Shown here: piece after piece, positions 52,741 through 64,000 of the stretch
Layout of the letters: every line of letters starts with the position of its first letter
Position numbering within the stretch: position 1 is the first letter of the stretch
NCBI GenBank assembly: GCA_051362555.1
Contig: CM120642.1
Span: forward strand, 30,318,001 to 30,382,000
DNA length: 64,000 bases
Direction: 5' to 3'
Source: Lingula anatina
Taxonomy: Eukaryota > Animalia > Brachiopoda
The notes under the pieces: model-generated
What the model saw: the letters and a program-made list of their open reading frames with translations, nothing else
Databases searched by the model: none
What the model was told of the DNA's origin: nothing
Position numbers and translations under genes: made by a program

Positions 52741-55589
52741 GGTGTGCGTGTCACTTCTGAGACCAAGTTATGTCTGCAATGGAAACATTTTTTTTTACTA
52801 AATTGAATAAACCAGGTGACTTTCTTAGAGTTAGCCTTATTTTTATACAAGCAAAAAATTTTATCAATTTTGTCAAATAAATTTGGGATAGTAAGATGCA
52901 AATGGCTTTCTTAAATTTAAGAATCAAAAGCAGGTCTGCATAAGAATATCATCTGTTGTTTTTTTAATCAATATCAAGAGCAAATTTGCCAAATGCTGAA
53001 AATAATTAAATGACTAGTTCATAAAATGCCATACCACCAGAAAATCACCTCATAATTTAAGTTATAACTTACCATCTACTTGGTAATAATACAGAATTGC
53101 AAAATCATGAATAGTTCTTATTTTCTACATTCCACAAACCAGAATTCTAACAATGACTAAACAACTACCTATGAAAATACTGCCCAGCAAATAGCCCACA
53201 TACCCTACATCCCAGTTGCTGTTGGAGAAAAGTCAATAAAGTCCAATGCACACAGACATAATGTAAGTATCAGCCAGCCTCTCTCATATAAATCATACTA
53301 CACTGCATGCTTGAGTCATTACCAATCCCAATAGACAGCCCCAGATGGAAAATCACCATAGCAACAGCACATAGTTTCCAGCTGTTAACATTGGCTATTT
53401 TGGCCATAAGGCTGTGTGCCTATTTTGTAAAATACCTGTGTACTAGATGTGTGTTGCCTCTGACTCCCTTCAACTATTAAGAAGCATGTAAAATATCTTG
53501 CCTAGCAGGAAAGTTATCACATTTTTAGCTTATGATAAATAGAAAATCTACACAAATACAAACATTAACTTTTCATTTTGCCAATTTCCTATGATAGAGC
53601 TTACCATATCTTATTAACTTAAATATTTTAGTTGATAATAATGTTAGTGAAGCCAGTAATCAGGGCATTTTTCCTATAGCTGTATGGCCACAGATAGGAT
53701 ACTGGACAGCAGATAAACAGAATCAATATACATAAGGTTTGAGTCATAACTGATAAGCTGCTACTACTCTGGAATTCTTTTTTTGATGTAAGACGGGGAA
53801 CATAGAGCTTGGTCTATCTGACCACAAACTTATGATTTCTTTAAAAACAGGGCAGTGTATTTTAACTACAATTTATTCTATATCTGAATGGTTTAAAATT
53901 AATAAACATATTAACTTATAATATTTATATTCTTCATAAAATGAAGTAAGTCAATCATTACTTGGCATACTCAAATGAGGAATAAAATCATAAATTCAAA
54001 ACATAATTCCCTCCGTATTACCCTTAAATGAAGACTCAGGTGCAACATAACATCTAGAATAATTTAAAATCATAACCACTGTTTCAACAAGACCTATGTC
54101 TTATCTTTTGTATTAAGTTACTAATATAGCTTTAATTTACTGTGTTCTAAGAATGAATAAAATGAGTATATTTGATTTTTTTTTTTCATTTTGGGATTAT
54201 ACATCTGTAGCTATAACATGCCCATCCTCCAAACAACTATTGACTATGCATCTTTTAGCTAGACTGCAGATAATCAATAACCCAGTGCAACTGAGGGTTA
54301 ATTCATGGGACAGTTCTATGGTTAAGTGACTTCAAGATCAATATTCCTGTTCTGTGTATGTGTCAGAATAGATGATAGCATTCACATGCACATTTAACAG
54401 CTGCAGCCATGGCTTGCACACTTTCTATTTTGGCAAAGTTAAAAGTTTTAAAGAATGTTGGCTCGATGGCGGTTTGTCTAGCTTAAGAAGTACCTCTTTT
54501 CTAATTAACAATGTGTTCTCGTTGTTTCAAAATATGCTTCATGATTGAGAATTGCTACAAAAGTTATATGCAACAAGAAAAGATCCCGTCGTATCCTTTT
54601 TCATTAATTCTGTAATATCCATGCAATCTGTCATTACCATTATTCCTCCTTTTTAAGTCAAGACAAAGTCAACAAATACTGGAGTATTATTTAAAAAAGA
54701 GGTTTCGAACATTTTTAGTAGATCCAGTTACTGTATAAGACTGTGCTGCTTTTGGATACATGTACTAGTATTTGAAATGATGTGAGGTACTAACATAATT
54801 TAAGCAAAATGTTCAGTGAGCACTCCTCTGTATGACTTTTCATAGATAAGATACCACAAGGTCAAACGCTCTAAAAATCAGATTTTAAACCTGAATAGTG
54901 CTTCTAAATTAATTTCCACACAGACTATAAAGGGAAACTAATTTAGACTTGGTAGTTCCTGCATGAAGAAGCAATACCAATATTTCATAACATAAAAATT
55001 GGATCCTTTTATCACAAATTATTTCTGTTTATAAAACTTTATTAGAGCACAAACTGAGTAGCCTTTTAAATACTAAATTTTTTTTAAATCTTAGCAATTC
55101 TTCTAGATCTAGCATTTACATCAAGTCTACCAATGTGATATGCTAAGATAAGTATTACCATTATACCTTCACATTTTCTTCTTGGGTTTTGAGCTTGGCA
55201 ATATCGTATCAATAAATCACATAAACGTAAATGAATGGAAGAAAGTCTGAAAGGCATTTAGAATGCTGCACAAGGTCTACTAGCACTTAGCTGCTTAATA
55301 GTCGTATGCAATAATTTTGGAATGCTTTGCTGCATTGCGTTTTTTATCTACACCATTAATAGCTGATGCTGATCACTGTCAAACTCTGCTGCCCTCTCCA
55401 ACGTCCAAGGCTTCAGCTTTAGCTTCATTGCATTGGCTTTGGGCGTGCCGAGAGTTTGTAGGTCATAATGCTTTCTGCACGTTTTTTACAAATCAACACA
55501 ACATATCACCATGAAACTTTCATCAAAAAATGAACACATATTTCAACATTGAGAACAATTACAATAAAGACGGAAGATGATCAACTCAC

Positions 55590-55660
55590 TGAAATATCCG
55601 ATGCGATTCTCAAGAATTCCAGCAATCCAGCGGCTTCCAGACTGAAGATGGCGGCAAGGA
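55590..55660 (-). other. Putative non-coding first exon of alpha-spectrin
   Basis: Donor ca|GTGAGT at 55589 on -, CpG-richer local sequence, YY1-type motif AAGATGGCGG at 55645-55654; would splice to the acceptor ttgcag preceding 52773, 33 nt before the ATG. Confidence 0.55.
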
Positions 55661-55960
55661 CTTCTGGCCGGCTCGAGAGCACCCCCTATATTCTAATATT
55701 TATTTTCATTATTTGGAGAATTAAATCGGGTTTTAGGTAAATTTCATATAGTTCAAAGGTTACATATTGAGATATTTTATCGATTTATATATATAAATAT
55801 TTGTTAAATACAGATTCCATCGTATGAGTAAATTAATTTAAGCCATTAATACCACACCACGCAATTACCAGAAGAGCCTGACATCATCCGCCGCATTTCT
55901 TTTGCTCACGTGACCACGCGCAAACACCGGAAGTGGGAATTCCCTTGTCAGCGTGCCCTC
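55640..55960. promoter_or_regulatory. Bidirectional promoter region between alpha-spectrin and the TREX-like gene
   Basis: YY1-like AAGATGGCGG (55645-55654), E-box TCACGTGAC (55906-55914), ETS ACCGGAAGTG (55926-55935) and kappaB palindrome GGGAATTCCC (55935-55944) in a locally CpG-rich patch between divergent genes. Confidence 0.65.
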
Positions 55961-56729
55961 ACTCATCGCCACCCGTGTTTCTGAAAGCTGGAAGGGTCAA
56001 AGTCTTTAGAATCGGACTGGAAGACGAGGTGATGAACATTTACTTGGTCATTGTGTGATATATTCGGGACTGCGACAGGTAATGTTATGGTTGGTGTATA
56101 AAACCGCAAATTTGCAGCTTGAAAGTAAAGGCTAACTTTGAACAACTTTCTCTCAAGATTCAACTTTGTTTTCTCCCAATGTTTTTGCCTCAGTGAAGCC
56201 TACTGAACCCAGTCTCGGAATTTGATGTCTTATTCCTTGCCCAAGGTAACCTGCGGGAAGTTGCAATGTAAGACATCCATTAAGATCAAACTTAACATTT
56301 TTAAAATAGATCTATGTCGGTATATAGTTTTCACTAACTATCAAGCAAGCTGGATTAGGACTATTAGTGGATAATAAAATGCAGATAATTTGGGTCAAAT
56401 ATAAAGAATTTTATCCATTCACCTGTATCTTCTTATTATTTATGGTGCAAACACTTAATATGTATATTTTTCCTTGTGGTAGTTAGAGAGCCTTTAAATA
56501 TAAAACATCTCTATGCTCAATAAAATTATTATATAATTATTATTATTATTATTTAAAATTAAAATTTAAAAAGCTTTGAGGTGGGTTTAAGCTGAAAATA
56601 ATGTTTGTTTAATGTGTTGGGACAAGTTTGTTTAAACTTTGGGAAAAGAGACTAAGTTATCCTCTCAATAGATGCAGATTTTTTAAAAAAAGTACCTTAT
56701 AAACTTTTTTCAGGAAAGGCCTTTGGGTC

Positions 56730-58271
56730 ATGATGGCAAGCCAAGGCAGCAAAATTTCAACATTTGTCTTCCTGGATCTCGAGACTACAGGGCTCTTAAA
56801 TGCCAGAGAAAAGACCAGAGTCACTGAATGCAGCCTAGTGGCTGTTCACAGAACTCAGCTTTTGGAGGCATTCAGAAACAGATTATCTTCTCCAGCGCGT
56901 GTTCTGAACAAACTTACCCTGTGTTTCTATCCCATGAAACCAATTCCACACAACATTTGGCAGTTAACAGGTAGGGAACTTAAAAAGTGTAGCTGGTGCA
57001 TTTAACTGCTATCAAGTCATTTAATTAATTCATAAGCATTATATGTATTACCAAATGTACGTGCTACATACGAACTTGGTTAATTTTTAAAAAATTGTTT
57101 TAAAAAATGCACTCATGATATCTTGTGATTGAAATGCATAGATTCTTGGTAAATTAGGCCAATTAAATGCTATGCCAACAAAAGTAAGCAGTACATTTTC
57201 TCTTTTTTGTTTTTTGTTTTTTTTTTTCAGTTGTATCCAGTACTAGTGTATTCAGCTGCTGGATGATTGACTATGCTGCTATTTTTTTTCCATAGGGGCA
57301 AGTTATCATTTTCCTAGTCAAATGTAGTATAATTTCCATGTGTTTTTGATATATTTGATATATTTTTTATTGTTTAGCTCTTTTCTTTCAGGTCTTGACA
57401 ATGACAACTTGTACCATCAGATGAATTTTACTGGTGCGACTACTGAAATGTTTAATGCATTTCTGGCAAGACTAGACCCCCCTGTTTGTCTGTTTGCTCA
57501 TAATGGAGATGCTTTTGACTTCCCTCTTCTCAAAACAGAGATAGAAAATTCTGGTGAGTCAAGTTTGCTAAGTGTTGACCCCTCACTGTAGAGTAATCAG
57601 CTTCATGTCCATTATTAAATTGAAGTCGCTAAATTTGAAATTAATGTCACAATTTAACCTCTATAAAATTTGTTAAAGAAGTTTCCAGGTGAAAATGAAT
57701 AGTCTGTTTATATGAAACTCCTTTATTTTATTGTATTACAACAATCTCAGGAAATTAATAGACATTGTATAATATGAAACAGTTTCTATAATTACTGTAA
57801 TTACAATTTGTTCAGACACAGAATGCATAAGACTACTTCTTTACAAAAATAAACATTTATGTTGTTTCATTTGAATATTCTGTGTATGATTCATGTCACC
57901 TTTTAGGCCACAGCCTAGCTCAGGGAATACTGTGTGTAGATACTTTAAAGATGTTGATGACAATCTATGGAAGAGGTGGATATGACAGAGTGGGTTCTCA
58001 AACCTCAGCCACAGAACCATCAACAAATGAAGTGGATGATCCACACGATCAGGTTCAGAAGAATGGTGTTGACATAAGCACCCCACCTAGATCTTTTAGT
58101 CTTGGAGCTGTATTTGAACACGTTTTTGGCCATTCTCAAGTAAACACCCACACAGCAGAAGGAGACTGCATGTCACTCTTGATGATCTGCCAAAAGATGG
58201 CTCCACTTGTCTGTGTGTTGGCGGATGAAAATGCAGTTCCTTTCAGCCGCTTCAGTGCAGTTTATTCATAA
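56730..58271 (+). CDS. Three-prime repair exonuclease TREX1/TREX2-like (DEDDh), ~255 aa
   Basis: Exons 56730-56970, 57392-57553, 57907-58271 (768 nt). ExoI TFVFLDLETTGL, RVLNKLTLCFYP, ExoII CLFAHNGDAFDFPLLKTE, CVDTL, SFSLGAVF and ExoIII HTAEGDC are all characteristic of TREX proteins. Confidence 0.93.
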
Positions 58272-58608
58272 ACATGCAAGTATATTCTTAAACCTGGTGA
58301 ATTTCCTTATGAACTGGATAAGTTTTAATGTCTTATTTTGTTAACAGTTATGACTGTAGGAGAAAGGCCTTTATATCTATTTGCCTAGTTTGTGTCACAT
58401 ATTTGCTTGCTTAGTATTTTGAAAATATAAAAAAAACACTTATTTTAAGTTTACTTAGTAGATTTCATGTTAAAAGGATAAATACATATAAAAAATATCA
58501 CCATATACATCATCTTTCATGCTCTGTTTTTTAGATATATCTTAGACATTTATATTTTACAAGGTCATATATAGTTTGCATCCTATTTCGTTAGCTTTGA
58601 AAGAACAT

Positions 58609-58802
58609 CCCAGATAGCATGTCGCCGGTGGGCCGACGTTGGGCCACCGACTCCAACTACGTCGGCCCACCAGCTACTGTCGCCGGTGGGCCTACGTTGG
58701 CCTGACCATCGGTCCAACGTTGGCCCACCAGCGACATACAGCTTGAGCGGCCCAACGTCGGCCCACCGGCGACAAGTAGCTGGTGGGCCGACGTAGGTCC
58801 AC
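58609..58802. repeat. Terminal/subterminal array of nested inverted repeats
   Basis: GTCGCCGGTGGGCCGACGTTGGGCC (58621-58645) is the exact reverse complement of 58749-58773; CTACGTCGGCCCACCAGCTACT (58657-58678) is the exact reverse complement of 58775-58796; more variant GGTGGGCCGACGT units occur in both orientations. Confidence 0.92.
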
Positions 58803-59064
58803 TGCTTTTATCTATTTTTTATTTTCTTTATTATTCATTAATTCATTGATTTATTAATTTTTTGATAATTATATTATCATTATTATTGTCATATATAATA
58901 GACAAAACACAATGTAATATTTCAAGAGTGTTTAATCTTCTGTAATATTTCTTCCTTAAAATACAACAACGTGGCAAGTTATAATGGACCTTGAGATATT
59001 AAAAAAACCCCCATAAATTCTATTCCTAAAGTATAGAAAACATAGGTAATCTTCCACTATGAGA

Positions 59065-59700
59065 TATGGCCTCAACCCCTCCCCAAGCCATACCAGTTAC
59101 ACTTATCTTTCCTTGCAGTAACACTTTTAAAGGAACAAAAAACATTCATCTTACAAATCTTCAAACAACAGCATATATAAAATACTTAAGTTAACTCCAT
59201 TCAACACTGTTTCTGTACCCACATGGTAACAAATCTGTTTGAATGCATGTGCCTGTAGGTTTAAGCATTTAATAGGGTTAACAAATGGGAATTATTTTAT
59301 ATAAAATGGCCTCCCAACAAATCCCAAAGCCATACCAGTCTTATACAGTCTTTACTTGCACTATTTAATGCAATCATTCACCTCACAAGCTTTCCAACAA
59401 CAACATCATATAAAATACTTAGTTAACTCTATTCAAAAACTTTTTCTAGTACTGTATCTGGTAAAATATTCATTTGCACGAAACATAAACTGTCATAAAC
59501 ATATGCATATATACCGGTATGTCCATTCAGCAGTACAGGGAAATAAATTTTCTTATATTTCCAAAGCCATACCAGTCTAATGCTGTCTTTACTTGCAGCA
59601 AATAACACTATGTAGGAACAATATCGTTCATATCACAAAATGTACAAACAACAACATAAAAAATTCTACGTTAACTCTATTCAATACTCTAACTGCAACA
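59065..59700. repeat. Three degenerate ~240-bp direct repeats inside the transposon
   Basis: Anchor AAGCCATACCAGT at 59085, 59327 and 59564, each followed by similar ...AACAACA(G/T)CAT...AAAAT...GTTAACTC(C/T)ATTCAA blocks. Confidence 0.8.
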
Positions 59701-59953
59701 TATCTGTTTGAAAGAACCAAGCATGAGTGCTTTAATTTGTAGTCAGAACAATTTAAACAGTCAAAAACGTCATATACCGGGTACATGTTCATGTAGATCC
59801 AAGCACAGTTAGTCTATGTCTTCAACAAATATCCCCTAACCTTAATTATTAGTCAATCTTGACTACGGTATCCAAATTTAATTTCTCAATAAGCATGTAA
59901 CATGATACATACTTTCAACTCAGGACCAAAAAAAAAAAACAAAAAAAAAAACA

Positions 59954-61561
59954 TCAGTCTGAATCCGAGGATGATGATACAATTGTCTCTTGCAAAGCCT
60001 GGACTCTGTCTTTTTCTGAAAATAACACATTGAAGTGATTGCAAGTGATTGTCCATCATATCCCTATTAAACTGAAGTGTTTACATGTAAATTCAACATA
60101 ACTAAAAGGATTGGCATGGAGATCAACATCATCAGAATGAGAATAAACTGTTCTATTTAAGAAACCAACTGATACATGTAGTGCAAACATGGAAAAGAAT
60201 CTTATTTTTGTATTAAAAAAGTAATTTCAATTTTTTAGATATGTGTTAAAAGAGACAAAAGAAAATAAATATGATTAAATACAAGGATGTAATACATACC
60301 AATCTTCTTCAACAATCTTCGCTGCCTTCCTCCCTCCCTGTCGCTGGCATTTTTCAACCATGTCTTCATGATTCTTTCTGTGTCACTTTCCTTGATACCA
60401 TTTTTTTTGGCAGCATCTGTTAAAGTTAAAACATTTTTAAATATATTTCAGTTTTATTACAACCAAATTAAGGCGTGAGAGGTGATAGAGTGGGAAAATA
60501 TTACATCATGAAAAATTATTTTGACTCACCAGCAGTCACATACTTACCATGCAGGACTCTGGCAATTCTGCTTTTGCACAGACCACATTTTTCTTTACTG
60601 CCATCCCCTCTAGCACGGCCCTTCCAGTTGAATAAAGTTGCCATAGGAGATGTCATAAGCGCTTCCATCATCCTATATATGGTGTTTTCCTGCCCTGTCC
60701 CCCCAAGAGTTGTCAGGTGACGGACCTACAACAAGTGACATTCAGACAGTCTAATGCATTTTTTTAATGCAATTTAATGGAAAGAATTAAATTACCCTTT
60801 AACAGCACTCTTCCTTATTTAGTTATACTACTTTCGTCTGTGCCACAGGTTAAAAATCTCCTACTGGAATAATCAAAATTACATTCCTAACCATTGATTA
60901 ATACTAAAAACCAAATTAGTTGTTATAATTAAAGGAAGTTGACAAAAAAAAATATCTTATCAAAAATATCTTATCAAACACAGTGTTTTATAGAATACTC
61001 ACAAGAGCTTTGGATTTGGACCGATCTTGCAGTACATCTTCTAATCTTTGGAAATCTTCCATTGATCTGATGGGAAGATCCAGATCTTCCACCATCTGGC
61101 TGGTGTCCTCATCCACTTTTTGCCTGTTGTATATGGCCTGGAGCAGTGCTGTGTTTTTTTTAGTTTGCAACAAAATCTGTTGCAAAATTACCATATGTTC
61201 CCTGTCATTTAAAAAAGTTCCCTGCATTATCCAATATTCAACTTCAAAATAAGGGTACAATTAGAAAGACATTGGACAGCTGACAATTTAGAAACATGTA
61301 AAACTTGCTAGCTGACATTCACTTCAAAATAAACAACTGGCAACAACAAATTAATGTTTGTCACACATACCTCTCAGCTGATCTGTGGGTCAATCCAGAA
61401 GAACTGGTGCTAGGTGCACTGCAAGAGAAGTAGCACATACAGTAAATTTTGCCATAATAATAATATGATTACAATAAATGTTCATCAACTTGGAGAATGC
61501 GTTTCACTTCAATTTAATTAAAGTTACTAATCAAATTAAATTATATTATAAAAATAATTCA

Positions 61562-61594
<33 letters not shown>

Positions 61595-62404
61595 CATTTA
61601 AAGTCATTATTCTCTTCTTTGCATATATATATAAACTTATTTTACATTTCCTTAGGGGATAACGGCCTGCTATGGAGTGTCTGAATTGATGATATTGGTC
61701 TTTCTCTTTCTACTGGTACACCATCACTGATACAAAAAAAAAAGGTCAAATTTAAAACAAAAATTATCATCCAAATTTCGTTCTAGACGGTGTTGGTGAC
61801 TGAATTTTTTATAACCAATGGAAAGGTGATTATGCAGTCTTCAATTAAAGGAATTGCATATATTTGACATTTATCAAGTCTCAACTGGAGTTAACTAACC
61901 TCATGCTGCCATCCTCCAGAGAGAGAGAGCTAGAAGATTTCTTCCCATTCTTTTCTAAATTCTGTATGCCACTGTATATGATTGAAAAAAAAAAAACAAG
62001 GAAAAATGAAAAAAAGAACTAAATAAATATGAACATTTTCACAATAGCTGAAACTGGTATGCAACCTTTAAGTGAACAATTTCAATTGCAGTACATTTAC
62101 CACAAGTCTAGGAGTTCACTAACCTCATGCTGCTATCCTCTACCATCCTTGGGGCAGGAGGTGGAGATGGAAATGGCCTAGGCGTAGAGAGAGAAGAGGG
62201 CTTCCTCCCCTTTTTACTCAATGGCTGTATGTCACTGTACATAATAAAAGAGCAAATGAATAATAATTTAGAAACATAATTCTTTTCCTTTCATAGCAAA
62301 TAACATTTAAATACCACTCAAATACCATTTACCTTAGCAAAGACATACTGAGCATTAAAATAAATATTAATTTTTTAGTATGCACATGAGTTGGCCTTTA
62401 TCCC

Positions 62405-62435
<31 letters not shown>

Positions 62436-63522
62436 ACACACACTCACAACCAAGATATCCTTTTTATTACTTAAAAAAAGAATTAACCTGTCATCAGATT
62501 CCTCTTCTGCAAGTCTAGATGGCAGGTGTCTCCTTTTGTGCAAAAATAGCATTTAATACAGTGGTATATATTACTATAATCATGATGATTATATATATAT
62601 TTAGAGTGTGAGTGATGCAACCATGGGAAAATGGAAATTTTACATTTTGATAAACATACAATTACAATTAATATAAGGCACTTTATGATGAAATAATAAA
62701 GTATTTTCGGAATTTAACGCAATTTACTATAATGATGTATATAATGTCCCTCTCACCTCCTCTTAGCTTCTATGTCAGTCGTGTCCAGGTCAATATCACA
62801 AATGTTTCGGTTCATTGATTTAACTGCTTTGGCGCACTTTTCCCTTGCCTTTCTATAGTCACCTAAAAATTACTGCCTAGTTAACATTGCTGTAGAATTT
62901 GCCACTGACCAAATATTGCACACATTTTCATTTCTTATATTCCAAATTTATTGATAATGTTAAAGGGATAATATCTCTTCATATGAGATCAATATTCCAC
63001 AATAAAAACATTGTGAACAACTCATGGAAATATAATATATTCTGTTGTACCACAAAAACGACAGTTATGGCTATTATTCTTGTATCTGAGCTTGTCTTTA
63101 GACCACGTGACCTCCATACTCTGTTATAATCTCTTAAGAGATTATAACAAAAAAAAAAAAAAAAAAAACTTTTTGGAAAGAAACCAGGGACTAACTTTGA
63201 ATGTAAAAATGGATTCCTTAACCATTGGTAAGTATGGGAAAATAGTTGTTTACTCTAGGAAAATTCATTTTTTAGCCAAAATGAAGAGTTATTATCCCTT
63301 TAATTTAATTGGTTCCACACACTTACTAGTAGACTTCAACACTTTGCAGTCATACACATCCCAATCGCTATCTGGTGGCACACACTCCTCTATGGCTCTT
63401 CCACCTCTCATAACTATCTTGGGGGGCCAAAGACACTTATCGCCTTTGACCCATTCATCAGGGGCCACTGCCACTGAATTTTCCTCAGGGAAATATACGA
63501 TGTTGAACTTTGAGCGAGACAT
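59954..63522 (-). CDS. Transposon accessory protein, DUF4806-like (~404 aa)
   Basis: 11 exons: 63522-63327, 62862-62757, 62532-62488, 62234-62124, 61971-61900, 61726-61646, 61418-61371, 61201-61003, 60725-60548, 60416-60300, 60015-59954 (1215 nt, no internal stops). N-terminal F.IV.F.EENSVAVAPDEW...CLWPP; C-terminal LPIRSMEDFQRLEDVL...LTTLGG...FNWKGR...WLKNASDREGGR, typical of DUF4806-type proteins (family call from motif recall). Confidence 0.8.
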
Positions 63523-63574
63523 AATCTCCCTGTGATACAAATGTTATAAAAGTTAATAAAGTTATGCCTGTTTA

Positions 63575-64000
63575 TCACAGAAGGGGTAAAGTAATAAATT
63601 GGTTATTTAATGGCAATAAAACTAATTTTGATTTGATCTGCTCTGGACTGATGCTCACTAATCGACCACTCGGATTATTCACGGACCATATGTGTAGTCT
63701 ACTAGATTCCACAGGATATATAAAAAAATTTTCTTTTGTCATAAATGGTTGACATATCAATGTTCTTTCTTGATTGAAAGTGATAATATTTTTTATGATG
63801 AAAGGTGTTTGTCCAACATATATAGCATTATCTGGTTGTTTAACTGATAAAAAAAAATTTTCCATATGAAGTTCTTTATATTGTTTGCATTGCTGATATT
63901 CTTCTGGGACTGGTCCTCTGTGGTGTTCTTTTTTACAAAATGTTTGTGAAGATTTAATTTTTTTTTTCACATGTTCCCTTTCAGCAAGACGGCGTATGAC
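63575..64000 (-). CDS. C-terminal part of a putative EnSpm-like transposase (partial)
   Basis: Stop-free frame running to the window edge: ...HHRGP...QYKELH...QPDNAIY...IKNI...FFIYPVESSRLHIWSV...IKSKLVLLP...ITLPLL*, resembling C-termini of animal EnSpm-type transposases. The catalytic region is not in the window. Confidence 0.65.
   Translation of the reverse strand, partial: VIRRLAEREHVKKKIKSSQTFCKKEHHRGPVPEEYQQCKQYKELHMENFFLSVKQPDNAIYVGQTPFIIKNIITFNQERTLICQPFMTKENFFIYPVESSRLHIWSVNNPSGRLVSISPEQIKSKLVLLPLNNQFITLPLL

Larger units (their letters stand above)
58609..64000 (-). mobile_element. EnSpm/CACTA (CMC superfamily)-like DNA transposon, one end (truncated by the window)
   Basis: Abrupt switch to a GC-rich terminus starting CCCAG at 58609 with a palindromic subterminal array, followed by an intron-rich DUF4806-type gene and a transposase-like C-terminus on the same strand. 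The other end and the TSD lie outside the window. Confidence 0.75.

Noticed and set aside
58609-58802. GC-rich repeats as a CRISPR array or structured ncRNA gene
   Set aside because: Eukaryotic context, no unique spacers and mixed orientations; better explained as a transposon terminus.

Overview
AT-rich, intron-rich animal genomic DNA, most likely a lophotrochozoan invertebrate such as a mollusc (taxon is an inference). I assembled five host genes exon by exon with GT-AG boundaries and consistent phases: an MFSD4-like MFS transporter (+, 1875-4874), an ankyrin-repeat/SOCS-box protein (+, 6786-9033), an NRF-6/OACYL-like acyltransferase (-, 18977-9833), alpha-spectrin (-, 52740-21359; 46 constitutive coding exons, ~2418 aa) and a TREX1/2-like DEDDh exonuclease (+, 56730-58271) head-to-head with spectrin. 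The last 5.4 kb is one end of an EnSpm/CACTA(CMC)-like DNA transposon with a palindromic terminus, an intact 11-exon DUF4806-type accessory gene and the transposase C-terminus. Main discovery: each of the five longest introns within the spectrin CDS hides frame-preserving microexons or cassette exons, nearly all invisible in the ORF track (15 nt IITKG; 78 nt and 12 nt; a 6-45 nt exon with a ladder of in-frame acceptors; 18 nt KLVEEG; 18 nt MWLLDP plus 111 nt). MWLLDP sits where I recall the vertebrate alphaII-spectrin TYLLDG microexon. The TREX promoter has a perfect kappaB palindrome fused to an ETS site. All alternative exons are sequence-based predictions without RNA evidence.
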